In this document: positions 1 through 11,427 of the stretch, one piece after another
Layout of the letters: each line of letters begins with the position of its first letter
Position numbering within the stretch: position 1 is the stretch's first letter
Assembly (NCBI GenBank): GCA_963851385.1
Contig: CAWKPE010000013.1
Span: forward strand, 307,616 to 371,615
Direction of reading: 5' to 3'
Length of the DNA: 64,000 nucleotides
DNA from: an uncultured Bacteroidota bacterium
GTDB taxonomy: Bacteria; Bacteroidota; Bacteroidia; Bacteroidales; DTGW01
Position numbers and translations under genes: made by a program
The notes under the pieces: model-generated
Told to the model about the DNA's origin: nothing
Database searches by the model: none
What the model saw: only the letters and a program-made list of their open reading frames with translations

Positions 1-34
1 AATGCAATAAAAAAGCGTGAACTTAAACCTACCC

Positions 35-145
35 GTTTTAGAGGTTCTCGCAGAACCCGTACCACAAGATAAGTAAAGCCCACGCCGTGGCGTGAGCGTC
101 TACTTTTAAACCTTGTGGTACAAAAATCTGCGAGATTTCTAAAAC
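35..145. other. Nested imperfect hairpin, locally GC-enriched; candidate structured RNA or palindromic repeat unit
   Basis: Outer arms 35-53 GTTTTAGAGGTTCTCGCAG / 128-145 CTGCGAGATTTCTAAAAC. Inner stems 61-68 ACCACAAG / 112-119 CTTGTGGT and 71-75 AAGTA / 101-105 TACTT. Apical stem 81-85 CACGC / 90-94 GCGTG. Non-coding DNA at the window edge, so upstream context is unknown. Confidence 0.3.
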
Positions 146-426
146 AAGAATAAAAGCTTTCGCTCTTTATTATATTTTATCTAATTCAATTACATTCTTC
201 TTATCGTTAATTTTAATATTTCACATTTATTACCATTATATTGAAAATAATTTTTATCCATAAAATAGCAATTACTTAACGGCTTTTAATATTATTAATT
301 ATTCTGAGAAATTGAGAAAAATTGCGTTATTCTAAATATGAACGGTTTCAAATATACAAAATTGAAAAAGAATAAGAAAAATATTCAGGATAATTTATGA
401 TCATATTTCTTCATAAATAAAAACTT

Positions 427-1326
427 TTGAGATTTTATATTAATAAATCAAATTGTCGGGTTTCCCTTACTGCCACTGAAGTTCATGAGAATCCGATTTA
501 TTTGGACACTATATATAATATTAATGGAACAAAAACCGGATACCTGGTTTATAACGGGTTTATGTCGGATTATGATATTCAATTAAACGATGTTTTCAAA
601 TATTTCAAAGACCAGGGGGTTCAGCAACTCATTTTGGATTTAAGATATAACCCTGGTGGATCGGGCAATTCGGCAACCTACCTCTCAAGCATGATTTATA
701 CTACCGATACAACCAAGTTGTTTTTTAGCAACAAGTTTAATAAATATTTTCAGGCATATTTGGACAGTGCTTACGGGAAAAATTATTCAAATGTAATATT
801 TGCCGATAAAATTGAAAAAACAGATGTTACGCCGGAAACACCAATAAATTCTTTAGGGTTAAACAAAATTTATATTATTACAACCGGAAATACTGCATCT
901 GCAAGCGAACTGGTAATAGCAGGTTTAGTACCTTATATGAATATAATAACAATTGGTACCAATACTTAAGGTAGATATGTCGGCTCAATAACAATTAAGG
1001 ATTATGACAAAAATGGTGTTTTAAATCCCAATCATAAATGGGCATTGCAGCCAATAGTAATGAAAGTGGTAAATTCTGCCGGTTTTTCAGATTATGTTAA
1101 TGGGTTTGCTCCCACTGTTAATGCTGAAGAAGATATAGCTAATTTATTGCCAATTGGAGATACTAATGAAACTTTGTTGAATGTTACAATTAATTATATA
1201 AATGGAAATATGAAAAAGTCACTCGAGTTGAAGTCTGATTTCCAATTTGAAAAGGTTGCTGATTCAAAAGATTTCGTTCCACATTCAAAAGAAATGCATT
1301 TTAATTACAAATTTAAATTTCATTAA
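427..1326 (+). pseudogene. S41 family (C-terminal processing type) peptidase remnant, 5'-truncated and interrupted by an in-frame TAA
   Basis: ORFs 427-969 and 1045-1326 share one frame and are separated only by TAA at 967-969. The product carries S41 hallmarks (LILDLRYNPGGSG, TTGNTASASELV). The N-terminal/PDZ half and signal peptide are absent: the frame is closed by TAA at 418-420 and upstream DNA is stop-rich. Confidence 0.6.
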
Positions 1327-1382
1327 TCCAAGTAAAATTTTTAATTAGTATTTTGATATAGAAATCAAATCAAGATTTTTTT

Positions 1383-3173
1383 TCAGTCTTTTCCATTTTT
1401 TTGAGAAAGATATATCTGGTCAATTATATCTTTATATTTCTCATAAATATAAGCCCGCTTAAGTTTTAAAGTCGGTGAAAGTTCACCTGTAATAGTTGAC
1501 CATTCATCGGCTAAAAGTCTGAAACGTTTGATATGTTCTGAATGCCCCCGTTTTTGGTTTATTTCAGTTATTACTTTATTGTATTGTTCAATAACTTTTG
1601 GATTATTGATGATATCGGAATTATCATTAAAATGAATTTTGTTGCAAATACACCAAGTTTGAAGAAATGGAAAATTAGGCTGGATTAAGGCACTCGCGAA
1701 TTTCTGGTTTTCTCCTATTACCATTGCTTGTTCAATGAATTCCGTTTCTTTTAATTTGTTTTCAATAACCTGAGGTGCAACATACCTGCCACTGGAAAGC
1801 TTAAAAATTTCTTTTTTTCTATCAGTTATCATCAGGAATTTGCCATCAACTAGCGTACCGATATCTCCGGTATGAAACCAGCCTTCTTTATCAATAGATT
1901 CGTTTGTTAATTTAGGATCATTATAATAACCTAACATAACATTATGACCTTTACAAAGAATTTCTCCATCATCTGCTATTTTTAATTCAACACCTGGCAA
2001 GACTGGTCCGACTGTACCAAATTTAACAAGAGGGATGGTCAAATTATTCACTGCAATAACAGGTGAAGTCTCTGTCAGTCCATAACCTTCAATGATTTGT
2101 ATACCGGCGGCCCAAAATATCCTGGAAAGCCTGATTTGCAGGGTAGCACCTCCCGAGACTATTCTGTCTAATTTATTACCAAATGCTTCGCGCCACTTTG
2201 AATAAACAAGTTTATCAGCAATTTTAAGCTTTAGTTTATAAAACCATCTGTCTGGTTTATCTAAATCGAATTTCTTAGCAACCCTGATAGACCAGAAATA
2301 CACCATGCGACCCAGGAATGGAAGTTCATGTCCTTTGCCCTGGATTTTTTCAAAAATTAATTCCAGTACCCTGGGAACAGAACAGAAAATTGTAGGTTTT
2401 ATTTCAAAGGCATTATCTGCTATAGTGCCCATATTCTCGGCATAATAAATACTTAAACCTTTAAATTGATAATGATAATTAATGCAGCGCTCATACACAT
2501 GACTTAAAGGTAAAAAGCTTAAGGCTCTTGATTCAGGACCGCATATATGCGCTTTTGAAGTTTCTTTAAAATTATTTACAATATTGCTGTGTGATAACAT
2601 AACGCCTTTTGGAAAGCCAGTTGTGCCACTTGTATATATTAAGGTAAACAAATCTTCGGGTCTAATACTTTCTTTGATGTGAATTAACTTGGGCATCATT
2701 TTATCTTTGCTTTCTCGCCCTTTGTCCAGAATTTCTTGCCAATTTTTGGCTCCTTCAATAATATTAAAAGTGAAGATATCATTTATTCCGGCCATGCCGG
2801 CTATCGGCCTGATTTTATCAAATAATTGTTTATCTGAGATTATTAAAATTTTGGGCTTGCAATGAGTAAGAATATAGAAGTAATCATCCTTGCTAATTGT
2901 CGGGTATATGGGCACATGAACAATTCCGGCCTGTGCCATTCCCATATCGATAAGATTCCACTCAGGACGATTGTTTGAAATTGAAGCAATTCTATCGCCT
3001 TTTTGAAAACCCATGGCCAGCAATCCGCAACTAAAGAAATTTGATTGTTCAATGTATTCAGATACACTATATTTCACCCATTGTCCGTTCTCTTTCCCAG
3101 CAATGACATCATCTTTAGAAAAATATTTTTCTTTATAATTATCAAGCAAATCAAAAACACGGGTTATATCCAT
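1383..3173 (-). CDS. Long-chain fatty acid--CoA ligase (AMP-dependent synthetase/ligase family)
   Basis: 596-aa ORF with the AMP-binding signature YTSGTTGFPKGV plus GYGLTET and FHTGDIG motifs. Confidence 0.9.
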   Translation of the reverse strand: MDITRVFDLLDNYKEKYFSKDDVIAGKENGQWVKYSVSEYIEQSNFFSCGLLAMGFQKGDRIASISNNRPEWNLIDMGMAQAGIVHVPIYPTISKDDYFYILTHCKPKILIISDKQLFDKIRPIAGMAGINDIFTFNIIEGAKNWQEILDKGRESKDKMMPKLIHIKESIRPEDLFTLIYTSGTTGFPKGVMLSHSNIVNNFKETSKAHICGPESRALSFLPLSHVYERCINYHYQFKGLSIYYAENMGTIADNAFEIKPTIFCSVPRVLELIFEKIQGKGHELPFLGRMVYFWSIRVAKKFDLDKPDRWFYKLKLKIADKLVYSKWREAFGNKLDRIVSGGATLQIRLSRIFWAAGIQIIEGYGLTETSPVIAVNNLTIPLVKFGTVGPVLPGVELKIADDGEILCKGHNVMLGYYNDPKLTNESIDKEGWFHTGDIGTLVDGKFLMITDRKKEIFKLSSGRYVAPQVIENKLKETEFIEQAMVIGENQKFASALIQPNFPFLQTWCICNKIHFNDNSDIINNPKVIEQYNKVITEINQKRGHSEHIKRFRLLADEWSTITGELSPTLKLKRAYIYEKYKDIIDQIYLSQKNGKD

Positions 3174-3264
3174 GTTTGAAAAAAAATTATGATTTTATCA
3201 AATATACTAAAAACCGGGAAATGAATAAAGAATTAAATATGATATAATAATATAATTTGGAAGC

Positions 3265-5887
3265 TTAAATTTTTTCTAATATTTTTTTTGCCTTCTTTAA
3301 TGCATTATCTAAACCTTTAGGATTTTTACCACCTGCAGTTGCGAAGAATGGTTGTCCACCGCCGCCACCATCAATTTCTTTGGCAAGTTCACGAACAAGG
3401 TTGCTGGCATTCAGGTTTTTTTCTTTAACCAGATTTTCTGATATCATTACAGCAAGATTCGCTTTTCCTTCAATCTCTGAGCCCAAAACTAATATCAGGT
3501 TGTCCACTTGTCCTCTCAATTGAAATGCCAGTTCTTTAAGCCTTGCGGACGAATCAATAACAATTGGTTCAACTATCAGATTAATATTATTAACTGAAGA
3601 AATTTTATTAATCAAATCCTTTTTTAAGTCTTCAATTTCTTTCTTTGAAAACTCTTCAACTTTTTTTTCTAAAATAATTTTCTCTCCAATTGAAGCATCA
3701 ATGCTTTTAAGAATGTCCTGGGGATTATTGAATTTTTCTTTTATAGCATTTAAAATTTCAAATTGATAGTTGATGAACTCATAAGCTTTACTTCCTGTTA
3801 TTGCTTCAATTCTACGAATACCTGCTGCAATTGCACTTTCAGATATTATTTTAAAAAATCCAATTTGACCGGTTGAATTGACATGTGTACCTCCGCAAAG
3901 TTCAATTGAATCGGCAAATTTTACAACCCTAACTTTTTCTCCATACTTTTCACCAAACAACATCATGGCACCTAGTTTCTTTGCATTTTCAATAGGAACT
4001 TCCTCAATTTTTGCTGAGATATTATTCAAAATCATGTTATTGACAATTTTTTCAATTTCAAGAAGTTCCTTTTCACTTACTTTTTGAAAATGGGAAAAAT
4101 CGAAGCGCAAATAATCTGGATGAACCAGTGAACCTTTTTGCTCTACATGTTTTCCCAAAACCTGGCGGAGCGCAAAATGTAATAAATGTGTAGCAGTGTG
4201 ATTTCTTTCAGTTGAATTTCTTGTATTTGATTCTACCTTGGCTGTAAAAGTTTTGTCTAATTTGACAGGTAGTTTTTCAGTTAAGTGTAAAATGAGATTG
4301 TTTTCTTTTACTGTATTTATGATGTTTATTTCTTCATTTTCAAATATTATAACTCCTGTATCACCTATCTGTCCTCCACTTTCAGCGTAAAAAGGTGTCT
4401 TGTTAAAAACGAGATGATATAAGTTTTTACCTTTAGAAAATACTTTTCTGTAACGTGTAATTTTAACATTGGCTTCTGTAGAGTTGTAACCAATAAATTC
4501 CGCTTTTTCATCCGGAGAAATTATAATCCAGTCGTTTGTTTCAACTGCAGCATCTGAGCGGGAACGTGTTTTCTGTTTTTGCATCTCGGCGTCAAATTCT
4601 TCACGATTCATGGACATATTCTGTTCTTTAAGAATTAATTCAGTTAAATCTGCAGGGAAACCATAAGTATCATAAAGTTCAAAAGCAGACTTACCACTGA
4701 GAATTTTAGTTTTATTTGATTTAGCTATTCCAATGAGTTGATCTAACAATTTTATTCCGGTTGAAAGTGTTTTAAGAAATGCATTTTCTTCTTCAGCAAT
4801 TACTTGGATAATAAGCATTTCCTGAGATTTAAGTTCAGGAAATGCTTTTCCCATATGATTGACAAATAGTGGAACCAGCTTACACAGGAATGGTTCGTTT
4901 TGTTTTAAATAAGTATAAGAATACCGCACTGCCCGGCGTAAAATACGGCGTATTACATATCCAGCTTTGTTATTTGAAGGTAACTGCCCATCAGCAATTG
5001 CAAAAGATACTGCCCTTAGATGGTCGGCTATGACACGCATGGCAATGTCAATTATATCATATTTGCCCATAGTGAATACCTGTTAGACGTGATATTTCAT
5101 TAATAATTGGTTTAAAAACATCTGTATCGTAATTTGATTGTTTGCCTTGAACTACCATGCAAAGTCTTTCAAATCCCATCCCGGTATCAACATGTTTGTT
5201 AGGTAAAAATTCTAAAGAGCCATCAACTCTCCTGTTATATTGAATAAATACCAGGTTCCAGATTTCAATTACTTGAGGATGTCCTGCATTGACAAGGGTT
5301 TTTCCGTCTATTTTCTTTCTTTCTTTTTCACTTCTTATATCCACATGAATTTCGGAACAAGGCCCGCAAGGACCTGTTTCGCCCATTTCCCAGAAATTAT
5401 CTTTTTTAGATCCTTCAAGGATGCGGCTTTTGTCAATATTAAATGTCCAATGATTAAAAGATTCTTCATCTCGTTCCAGTAGTTCTGACTTATCTCCGGT
5501 AAAAACGGTAACATATAGCCTGTCTTTATCTATTTTCAGAACTTCGGTCAGATATTCCCATGCCCAATTAATAGCTTCCCTTTTAAAATAATCCCCAAAT
5601 GACCAATTACCTAACATTTCAAACATAGTATGATGATAGGTATCATGCCCTACTTCCTCCAAATCGTTATGCTTTCCTGAAACCCTTAGGCATTTTTGAG
5701 TATCTGCAATTCTTGAATACTTGACAGGAGAATTTCCCAAAAAAATATCTTTAAATTGATTCATGCCTGCATTAGTAAACATCAGTGTAGGATCATCCTT
5801 CACTACCATTGGCGATGAAGGGACAATATGATGTTGCTTAGTTTTAAAAAATTTCAAAAATGACTCTCTAACTTTATCTGAATTCAT
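3265..5887 (-). CDS. alaS: Alanine--tRNA ligase, split into two ORFs (5057-5887 N-terminal, 3265-5070 C-terminal) by a 1-nt frameshift
   Basis: The N-terminal ORF has class II AlaRS motifs ([28 protein letters not shown]). The C-terminal ORF has [10 protein letters not shown], the editing-domain HTATHLL and the GGGG C-terminus. Deleting one base of the CCC run at 5066-5068 (GGG in the gene) gives a continuous ...[15 protein letters not shown]... Combined length is about 873 aa, normal for AlaRS. Confidence 0.93.
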
Positions 5888-6193
5888 AAATAATTATCTT
5901 AGTCTTTGTTTTGTTGGTTGTCGAAATAAAATTAACTTTTTAATTGAATCCTTTTTGGTAACAAGCCCGTAAAAGTTCAAAATCCTTCAATTAACTTCGA
6001 ATTTTAAAATTAAATTTTGATGCAAACTTTTAAAGAATTAAATTGTTTCGAATTATTATCTAACAATTGTTGAATTTTAAATAGTCTGTATCTCATATCT
6101 TTAGCTTAAAAAGCTTGTAAAATTAATTTATTTCACTTAGATTTGTCCCAATTTATTATATTTTTAGTTTAAACCACATTAAACCAACACATT

Positions 6194-7171
6194 ATGCCAA
6201 GAAGTATGTATCGCTTTGACCCGGAGTCATTGAGCCTACATCCCAACAGGCTTGGTTTCAAAGGGCTTATTATTAAGTTAATTAAATACTTTTTTGCCGG
6301 TGTAGTTATCTTCGGAGTGTTTTATTTAGTTTTTTTAAAATTTGATCTCTTTGATACTCCAAAAGAAATGAAATATAAAAGAGAGTATGATCAAATGAAA
6401 CTTCAACTGGAGTTATTCCAGAAGAAAATTGATCAGGCAGCAAGTGTATTGGAGGATCTTAGACAACGAGATGACAATATCTACCGCACAATATTTGAAG
6501 CTGAACCTATTCCACGTTCTGTGCGTGAAGCAGGCTTTGGTGGTGTCAACCGCTATAGTGACCTTGAAGGTTATGAAAATTCATCAATGATTATTAATAC
6601 TGCTAAAAAGCTTGATAAAATATTAAAGCAGATTTATATTCAATCAAAATCCTACGATCAAATTATACCACTTGCAGTAAATAAAGAAGACATGTTAAAG
6701 TGCATACCTGCTATTCAACCGGTTGCTAATAAAGGATTAGAGCGTACGTCATCAGGTTTTGGCTGGCGCATTCATCCCTGGTACAAAATTAAAATTTTTC
6801 ATCCAGGCATTGACTTTGCTGCACCAATCGGTACCGAAGTATATGCTACCGGTGATGGTGTTGTAGAAAAGACTGAAAGTTCATTTCATGGATATGGAAT
6901 GAGTATAATTATTGATCATGGTTTTGGTTATAAAACGCGATATGCCCATTTAAGTGCATTTAAAGTAGTTCAGGGTCAAAAAGTAAAACGCGGTGATATT
7001 ATAGGTTTAGTTGGAAGTACTGGACTTTCAACAGGACCTCATTTACATTATGAAGTGATCAAAAATAATGAAACGATTAATCCCGTAAATTATTTTTTCA
7101 ATGATTTGACTCCTGAACAATATGACCAGATTATTTCAATTTCTAATAATAATGGTCAGTCTCTTGATTAA
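6194..7171 (+). CDS. M23 family metallopeptidase (membrane-anchored, coiled-coil N-terminus)
   Basis: 325-aa ORF with M23 motifs HPGIDFAAPIGT and GSTGLSTGPHLHYEV, and an N-terminal TM segment. Confidence 0.88.
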   Translation: MPRSMYRFDPESLSLHPNRLGFKGLIIKLIKYFFAGVVIFGVFYLVFLKFDLFDTPKEMKYKREYDQMKLQLELFQKKIDQAASVLEDLRQRDDNIYRTIFEAEPIPRSVREAGFGGVNRYSDLEGYENSSMIINTAKKLDKILKQIYIQSKSYDQIIPLAVNKEDMLKCIPAIQPVANKGLERTSSGFGWRIHPWYKIKIFHPGIDFAAPIGTEVYATGDGVVEKTESSFHGYGMSIIIDHGFGYKTRYAHLSAFKVVQGQKVKRGDIIGLVGSTGLSTGPHLHYEVIKNNETINPVNYFFNDLTPEQYDQIISISNNNGQSLD

Positions 7172-7197
7172 GTAATAGTTTTAAACTAATTAATGAC

Positions 7198-7238
7198 AAC
7201 CCGCTTTGATTTTATAAGCGGGTTTTATTTTTATTTTT
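7198..7238 (+). terminator. Rho-independent terminator after the M23 peptidase gene
   Basis: Stem AACCCGCTT (7198-7206) / AAGCGGGTT (7216-7224) followed by a T-rich tract TTTTATTTTTATTTTT. Confidence 0.7.
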
Positions 7239-7410
7239 GTCAAATATATATTTCTGTATTACCTAAATTAAAGATTGTAACAAAAAGTTACATATTATAT
7301 TATCAGTAATTATTGCATTTTATTAAAAGTTATTACCATTTATTAGACATGGCGAGCTTATTATGAAAAAAGTATTATTTTAGCAGGCGTTAATTTTTTA
7401 TGTATTATTA

Positions 7411-8742
7411 ATGGCTATAAGCGATTTGCAATCTCGTAAATTAGGACTTATTACAACTTCAGCTTTTGTAGTCACTAACATGATAGGAGTTGGAGTTTTT
7501 ACTTCACTTGGTTTTCAATACCATGACATTCCTAATGCAATAATTATTCTAGCTCTTTGGATTATAGGTGGAATACTTGCTTTATGTGGTGCTTTAGTTT
7601 ATAGTGAATTAGGAGCCGCTATGCCCAGATCTGGCGGTGAATATCATTATTTATCAAAAATATATCATCCCTGGGTTGGTTTTCTTTCGGGATGGGTTTC
7701 CATAACAGTTGGATTTGCCGCTCCAGTCGCTATTGCAGGTTTTGCTTTAGGTAAATACTCCAGTGCTATCTTTCCTTTTTTGTCACCAACTTACGTTGCA
7801 TTGACAGTAATATTAATATTAACTATAATTCATGCATATGATATTAAGCTAGGAGGAAGTTTTCAAAAAATATTTACCTTTTTTAATATTTTTTTAATCC
7901 TTGTATTTGTGATATGTGGCGTCCTGGTTACTCCAACTCATCAAAGTTTTTCAATTCACTTCAATACTTTTTCATTTAAAGATTTTATAAAACCTGAAAT
8001 AGCAATTGCATTAATATATGTTTCATATGCCTTTTCAGGTTGGAATGCAGCTGCTTATATTGCCAATGATATAAATAAACCACAGCAAACTATTCCACGC
8101 TCACTTCTTTTGAGTACCTTATTAGTCACTGCACTATATTTTTTATTGAATTTTACATTTATATATACTGCTCCCAGGTCTGAATTGATACTTGATAAAA
8201 ATATTCAAAATCCTGGTCTGATTTCAGCACACTATATATTTGGACCAACAGGTGGAAACATAATAGGTATCCTTATTTCTCTCTTATTGATTTCGAATAT
8301 TAGTTCATATGTATTTGTTGGACCTCGCATAGCACAAGTTATGGGTGAAGATATTAAACTGCTTAAATTTATTTCATTCAAGTCTAAGAAACATGGAACT
8401 CCTGTTATTGCAATTTTACTGCAATCAACTATCAGTATTCTTCTCATTTTGACTTCTTCTTTTGATACAGTACTTACTTCAACAGGTTTTGTATTAGCTT
8501 TTTTCACTTTTTTAGCGGTTCTTGGAGTTTTTGTGCATAGAATAAAATTTAAAGATGTTGAAAGGCCTTATAAAACATGGGGCTATCCGGTTACGCCAAT
8601 TATTTTTCTTATAATAATTATCTGGACTTTATGTTTTACATTTTATGGTAAACCAAAATATTCAATCATTGGACTGATTGCGGTTCTTTCAGGTTCAATT
8701 ATTTATTTTTTCAACATTTGGTTAGAAAAGAGAATCAATTAA
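7411..8742 (+). CDS. APC superfamily amino acid permease
   Basis: 443-aa highly hydrophobic ORF with about 12 predicted TM segments. The N-terminal region (VVTNMIGVGVFTSLG, SELGAAMPRSGGEYHYL) is typical of APC transporters. Confidence 0.85.
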   Translation: MAISDLQSRKLGLITTSAFVVTNMIGVGVFTSLGFQYHDIPNAIIILALWIIGGILALCGALVYSELGAAMPRSGGEYHYLSKIYHPWVGFLSGWVSITVGFAAPVAIAGFALGKYSSAIFPFLSPTYVALTVILILTIIHAYDIKLGGSFQKIFTFFNIFLILVFVICGVLVTPTHQSFSIHFNTFSFKDFIKPEIAIALIYVSYAFSGWNAAAYIANDINKPQQTIPRSLLLSTLLVTALYFLLNFTFIYTAPRSELILDKNIQNPGLISAHYIFGPTGGNIIGILISLLLISNISSYVFVGPRIAQVMGEDIKLLKFISFKSKKHGTPVIAILLQSTISILLILTSSFDTVLTSTGFVLAFFTFLAVLGVFVHRIKFKDVERPYKTWGYPVTPIIFLIIIIWTLCFTFYGKPKYSIIGLIAVLSGSIIYFFNIWLEKRIN

Positions 8743-8762
8743 AAATAAATCTATTAATAGTC

Positions 8763-9923
8763 ATGAAGAATAAAATTTTATTTTTAACAATAATTTCAGG
8801 TGTTTTTTTATTAAATGCCTGCAATCAACCTTCGTCTGATAATGCAAAAAATCTGAAAACAGATACAATAAAAGTTCAAATTAAAGATTCTGCAATGCTT
8901 GCCAGGGAAAAGTTAAATGACATTGCAAATTTTATAGCAGGAATTCCTGTTGATAAATCATCATTTCTTTATGATTATGCACAGACTCCTGAGTGGGCTG
9001 AATATGCAGCCGAATCAAAAACAGCTTGGGCTCGCTTTGATTCAGTTGCTACTAAATATAAAGCTTTTTCGAACTCTGAAATTAAGCCGCCTTACGATAC
9101 AATCAAATCGCTCTTTTATCCTTTTGCTGGGCCCGATTTTCTTTTTGCCAATATTATGTTTCCTAATGTTGAAAAGATGATTCTCATTGGGTTGGAAGCA
9201 CCTGGAACAGTGCCTCAAATTGACAGTACATTAAAAGATAGTCTTGACAAGGTTCTTGCTCTGTACAAAGTATCAATTGAAGACGTCATCCAGCTTAGTT
9301 TTTTCCGTACCATTGACATGAAAAATGAATTAGGCAATAGTGCTATTAATGGGATTACACCTATTATTATGCTTTTTCTGGCCAGATCAGGTAAGGAAAT
9401 TATAAATATCATTCCCATGTATCTTAACAATGAAGGAGTGTTGACAAAAGCCGGCAAAGGGAAAAATGGTATGCAGGCTTCAGCAGTTGAAATACTATAT
9501 AGTGATAAAGGAGATAATAAAATCAAACAGGTGGTTTATCTTTCAACAAACCTTGCAGATCCAGCTTTAAATAAGGACTTGGCTTTTAAGAATTATCTAA
9601 AAAATATTGATAACAATGTTGTCACTTTCGTAAAGTCAGCTACTTATTTGATGCACAAATCGTATTTTTCGATAATCAGAAATACGTGTTTGAAAAAGTC
9701 CGTACTTATTTTACAAGACGATTCTGGCATTGGCTTTAAATTCTTCGATAAAGAAAAATGGAACATTAAATTGTATGGTACATATTCAAAACCAATTAAA
9801 CTTTTTGAAGAATTCTTTGAAGAAGATTATTTAGAGGCTTTTAAAAACGGCAAACACAAACCACTCAATTTTCGGATAGGTTATAGCCCAAAGTCAAATT
9901 TATTAATAGCAATTAAGAAGTAG
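8763..9923 (+). CDS. Hypothetical lipoprotein
   Basis: An ATG at 8763 gives MKNKILFLTIISGVFLLNAC (signal peptide plus lipobox Cys). The ORF-track start at 8718 overlaps the permease and is less likely. I recognise no family. Confidence 0.6.
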   Translation: MKNKILFLTIISGVFLLNACNQPSSDNAKNLKTDTIKVQIKDSAMLAREKLNDIANFIAGIPVDKSSFLYDYAQTPEWAEYAAESKTAWARFDSVATKYKAFSNSEIKPPYDTIKSLFYPFAGPDFLFANIMFPNVEKMILIGLEAPGTVPQIDSTLKDSLDKVLALYKVSIEDVIQLSFFRTIDMKNELGNSAINGITPIIMLFLARSGKEIINIIPMYLNNEGVLTKAGKGKNGMQASAVEILYSDKGDNKIKQVVYLSTNLADPALNKDLAFKNYLKNIDNNVVTFVKSATYLMHKSYFSIIRNTCLKKSVLILQDDSGIGFKFFDKEKWNIKLYGTYSKPIKLFEEFFEEDYLEAFKNGKHKPLNFRIGYSPKSNLLIAIKK

Positions 9924-10016
9924 TTTATATTTATAATTTAGAATACACTTTCATGTATTACTAAATAATTGTAAGAAATATTAACGAAGAATTATTTATT
10001 AAGTAAGTAATTTAAA

Positions 10017-11420
10017 TTGAAAAGTTGGGACTTGAAAAAGTTACTTTTTTACTGTAATAAAAATTATGTATTTATTATAGGATTTGTTATCATATGCTTT
10101 CATGTTAATTCTTTGAATGTTTATTCAATTAGACTTTTTTCTTCTTCTAATTTATCAAACAAAATATCTTTTAGACCTTCAATATTTAAATTTACTTGTT
10201 TACCATTAAAAGAAGATACTTCGGGTTTAATACTTAGAATAATGAGTTCAAATCCTGGTTTTTTTAACAAATATATTGATTCTGCAAAAGCATTTGAAAT
10301 ACAGGCTATATATACTCAAATTGATCGCGATTCAAATAACCATCCTCACTTTCGGCTATATTCTTACAAGTTAAACAATAAAGAATACTATACTCCTGCA
10401 AGCACTTCAAAACTACCGGTTTTATTATTAGCGCTGGAAAAACTTAACAAGCTTAAAACAAAAGGAGTTGATAAATACACAGCAATGAATTTTGACAGTG
10501 CTTGTAGCTGTCAGAAAAAAGCAATTAAAGATACTGTTGCTGAAGATAGCATTTTGAATATTGCTCATTTTATTCAAAAGATATTATTGGTAAGTGACAA
10601 TGATTCTTACAACAGGCTTTTTCAATTTATTGGTCAGAAAGCTATTAATAAAAGGCTTTGGAAAATGGGTTTCAAAAAAACATGTATCATTCAACAATTT
10701 AATAGTTGTAATGCGGATGAAAACCGTTATACCAATCCCTTTTCATTTATTGATAGTACAGGTAAAAAACTCTATTCACAGCCTCTTATGGTTAATCATA
10801 GGAAATATAAGAATCCACTTGGCAAAATAAAAAAGGGAAAAGGTTATATAAATGATGACGGAAAACTTATTGAAGAACCCAGGGATTTTACATATTATAA
10901 TAATATTCCGCTAAGAGATTTACATGATATTATGTTGCGTGTTATTTTTCCTGATGTCTTTGACAAAAAGCAACAATTTCAAATAAAACCGGATGACTAT
11001 TGCTTTTTATATAAGTATATGAGCATGCTTCCACGAGAATCTGAGTTTCACAAGTATCACGATACCATTCGCTATCCGGACAATAGAAAAAAATATTTGA
11101 TGTACGGTACAGATTCATGCAGAAATATTAAAGACAGTACAATTCGGATTTTTAATATTGTAGGTCAATTATCAGGTTATCTTACGGATTGCGCTTACAT
11201 AGTTGATTTTAAAAATAATGTTGAATTTTTATTGGCAGTAACAATTTATAATAATCAATCTGGAATATTTGACGTTTCCAATTACAGATATAAAACTCTT
11301 GGTTTTCCATTTCTACAGGAGTTTGGGCGTTCCGTATATAAATATGAGCTTTCGAGGCCAAAGAAATATAAACCTGATTTGAGCTATTTAAAAAGATGTA
11401 TTGAAAATCCTATAAAATAA
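10017..11420 (+). CDS. Serine hydrolase, class A beta-lactamase-related
   Basis: S-x-x-K motif in PASTSKLPVLLLALEKL and an SDN motif in LLVSDNDSYN. The true start is uncertain (non-ATG start in the track). Confidence 0.65.
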   Translation: MKSWDLKKLLFYCNKNYVFIIGFVIICFHVNSLNVYSIRLFSSSNLSNKISFRPSIFKFTCLPLKEDTSGLILRIMSSNPGFFNKYIDSAKAFEIQAIYTQIDRDSNNHPHFRLYSYKLNNKEYYTPASTSKLPVLLLALEKLNKLKTKGVDKYTAMNFDSACSCQKKAIKDTVAEDSILNIAHFIQKILLVSDNDSYNRLFQFIGQKAINKRLWKMGFKKTCIIQQFNSCNADENRYTNPFSFIDSTGKKLYSQPLMVNHRKYKNPLGKIKKGKGYINDDGKLIEEPRDFTYYNNIPLRDLHDIMLRVIFPDVFDKKQQFQIKPDDYCFLYKYMSMLPRESEFHKYHDTIRYPDNRKKYLMYGTDSCRNIKDSTIRIFNIVGQLSGYLTDCAYIVDFKNNVEFLLAVTIYNNQSGIFDVSNYRYKTLGFPFLQEFGRSVYKYELSRPKKYKPDLSYLKRCIENPIK

Positions 11421-11427
11421 GCCAAGT

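Noticed and set aside
35-53. GTTTTAGAG... at the start of the hairpin resembles the 5' end of type II CRISPR repeats
   Set aside because: It is a single occurrence. There is no repeat-spacer periodicity anywhere in the window and no cas genes. The sequence is simply one arm of a long hairpin.
5057-5070. Overlap of the two alaS ORFs as a programmed frameshift or naturally split AlaRS
   Set aside because: Removing one base of a GGG run restores a perfectly collinear AlaRS. Similar one-base homopolymer defects occur in unrelated genes. There is no slippery heptamer or downstream stimulatory structure.
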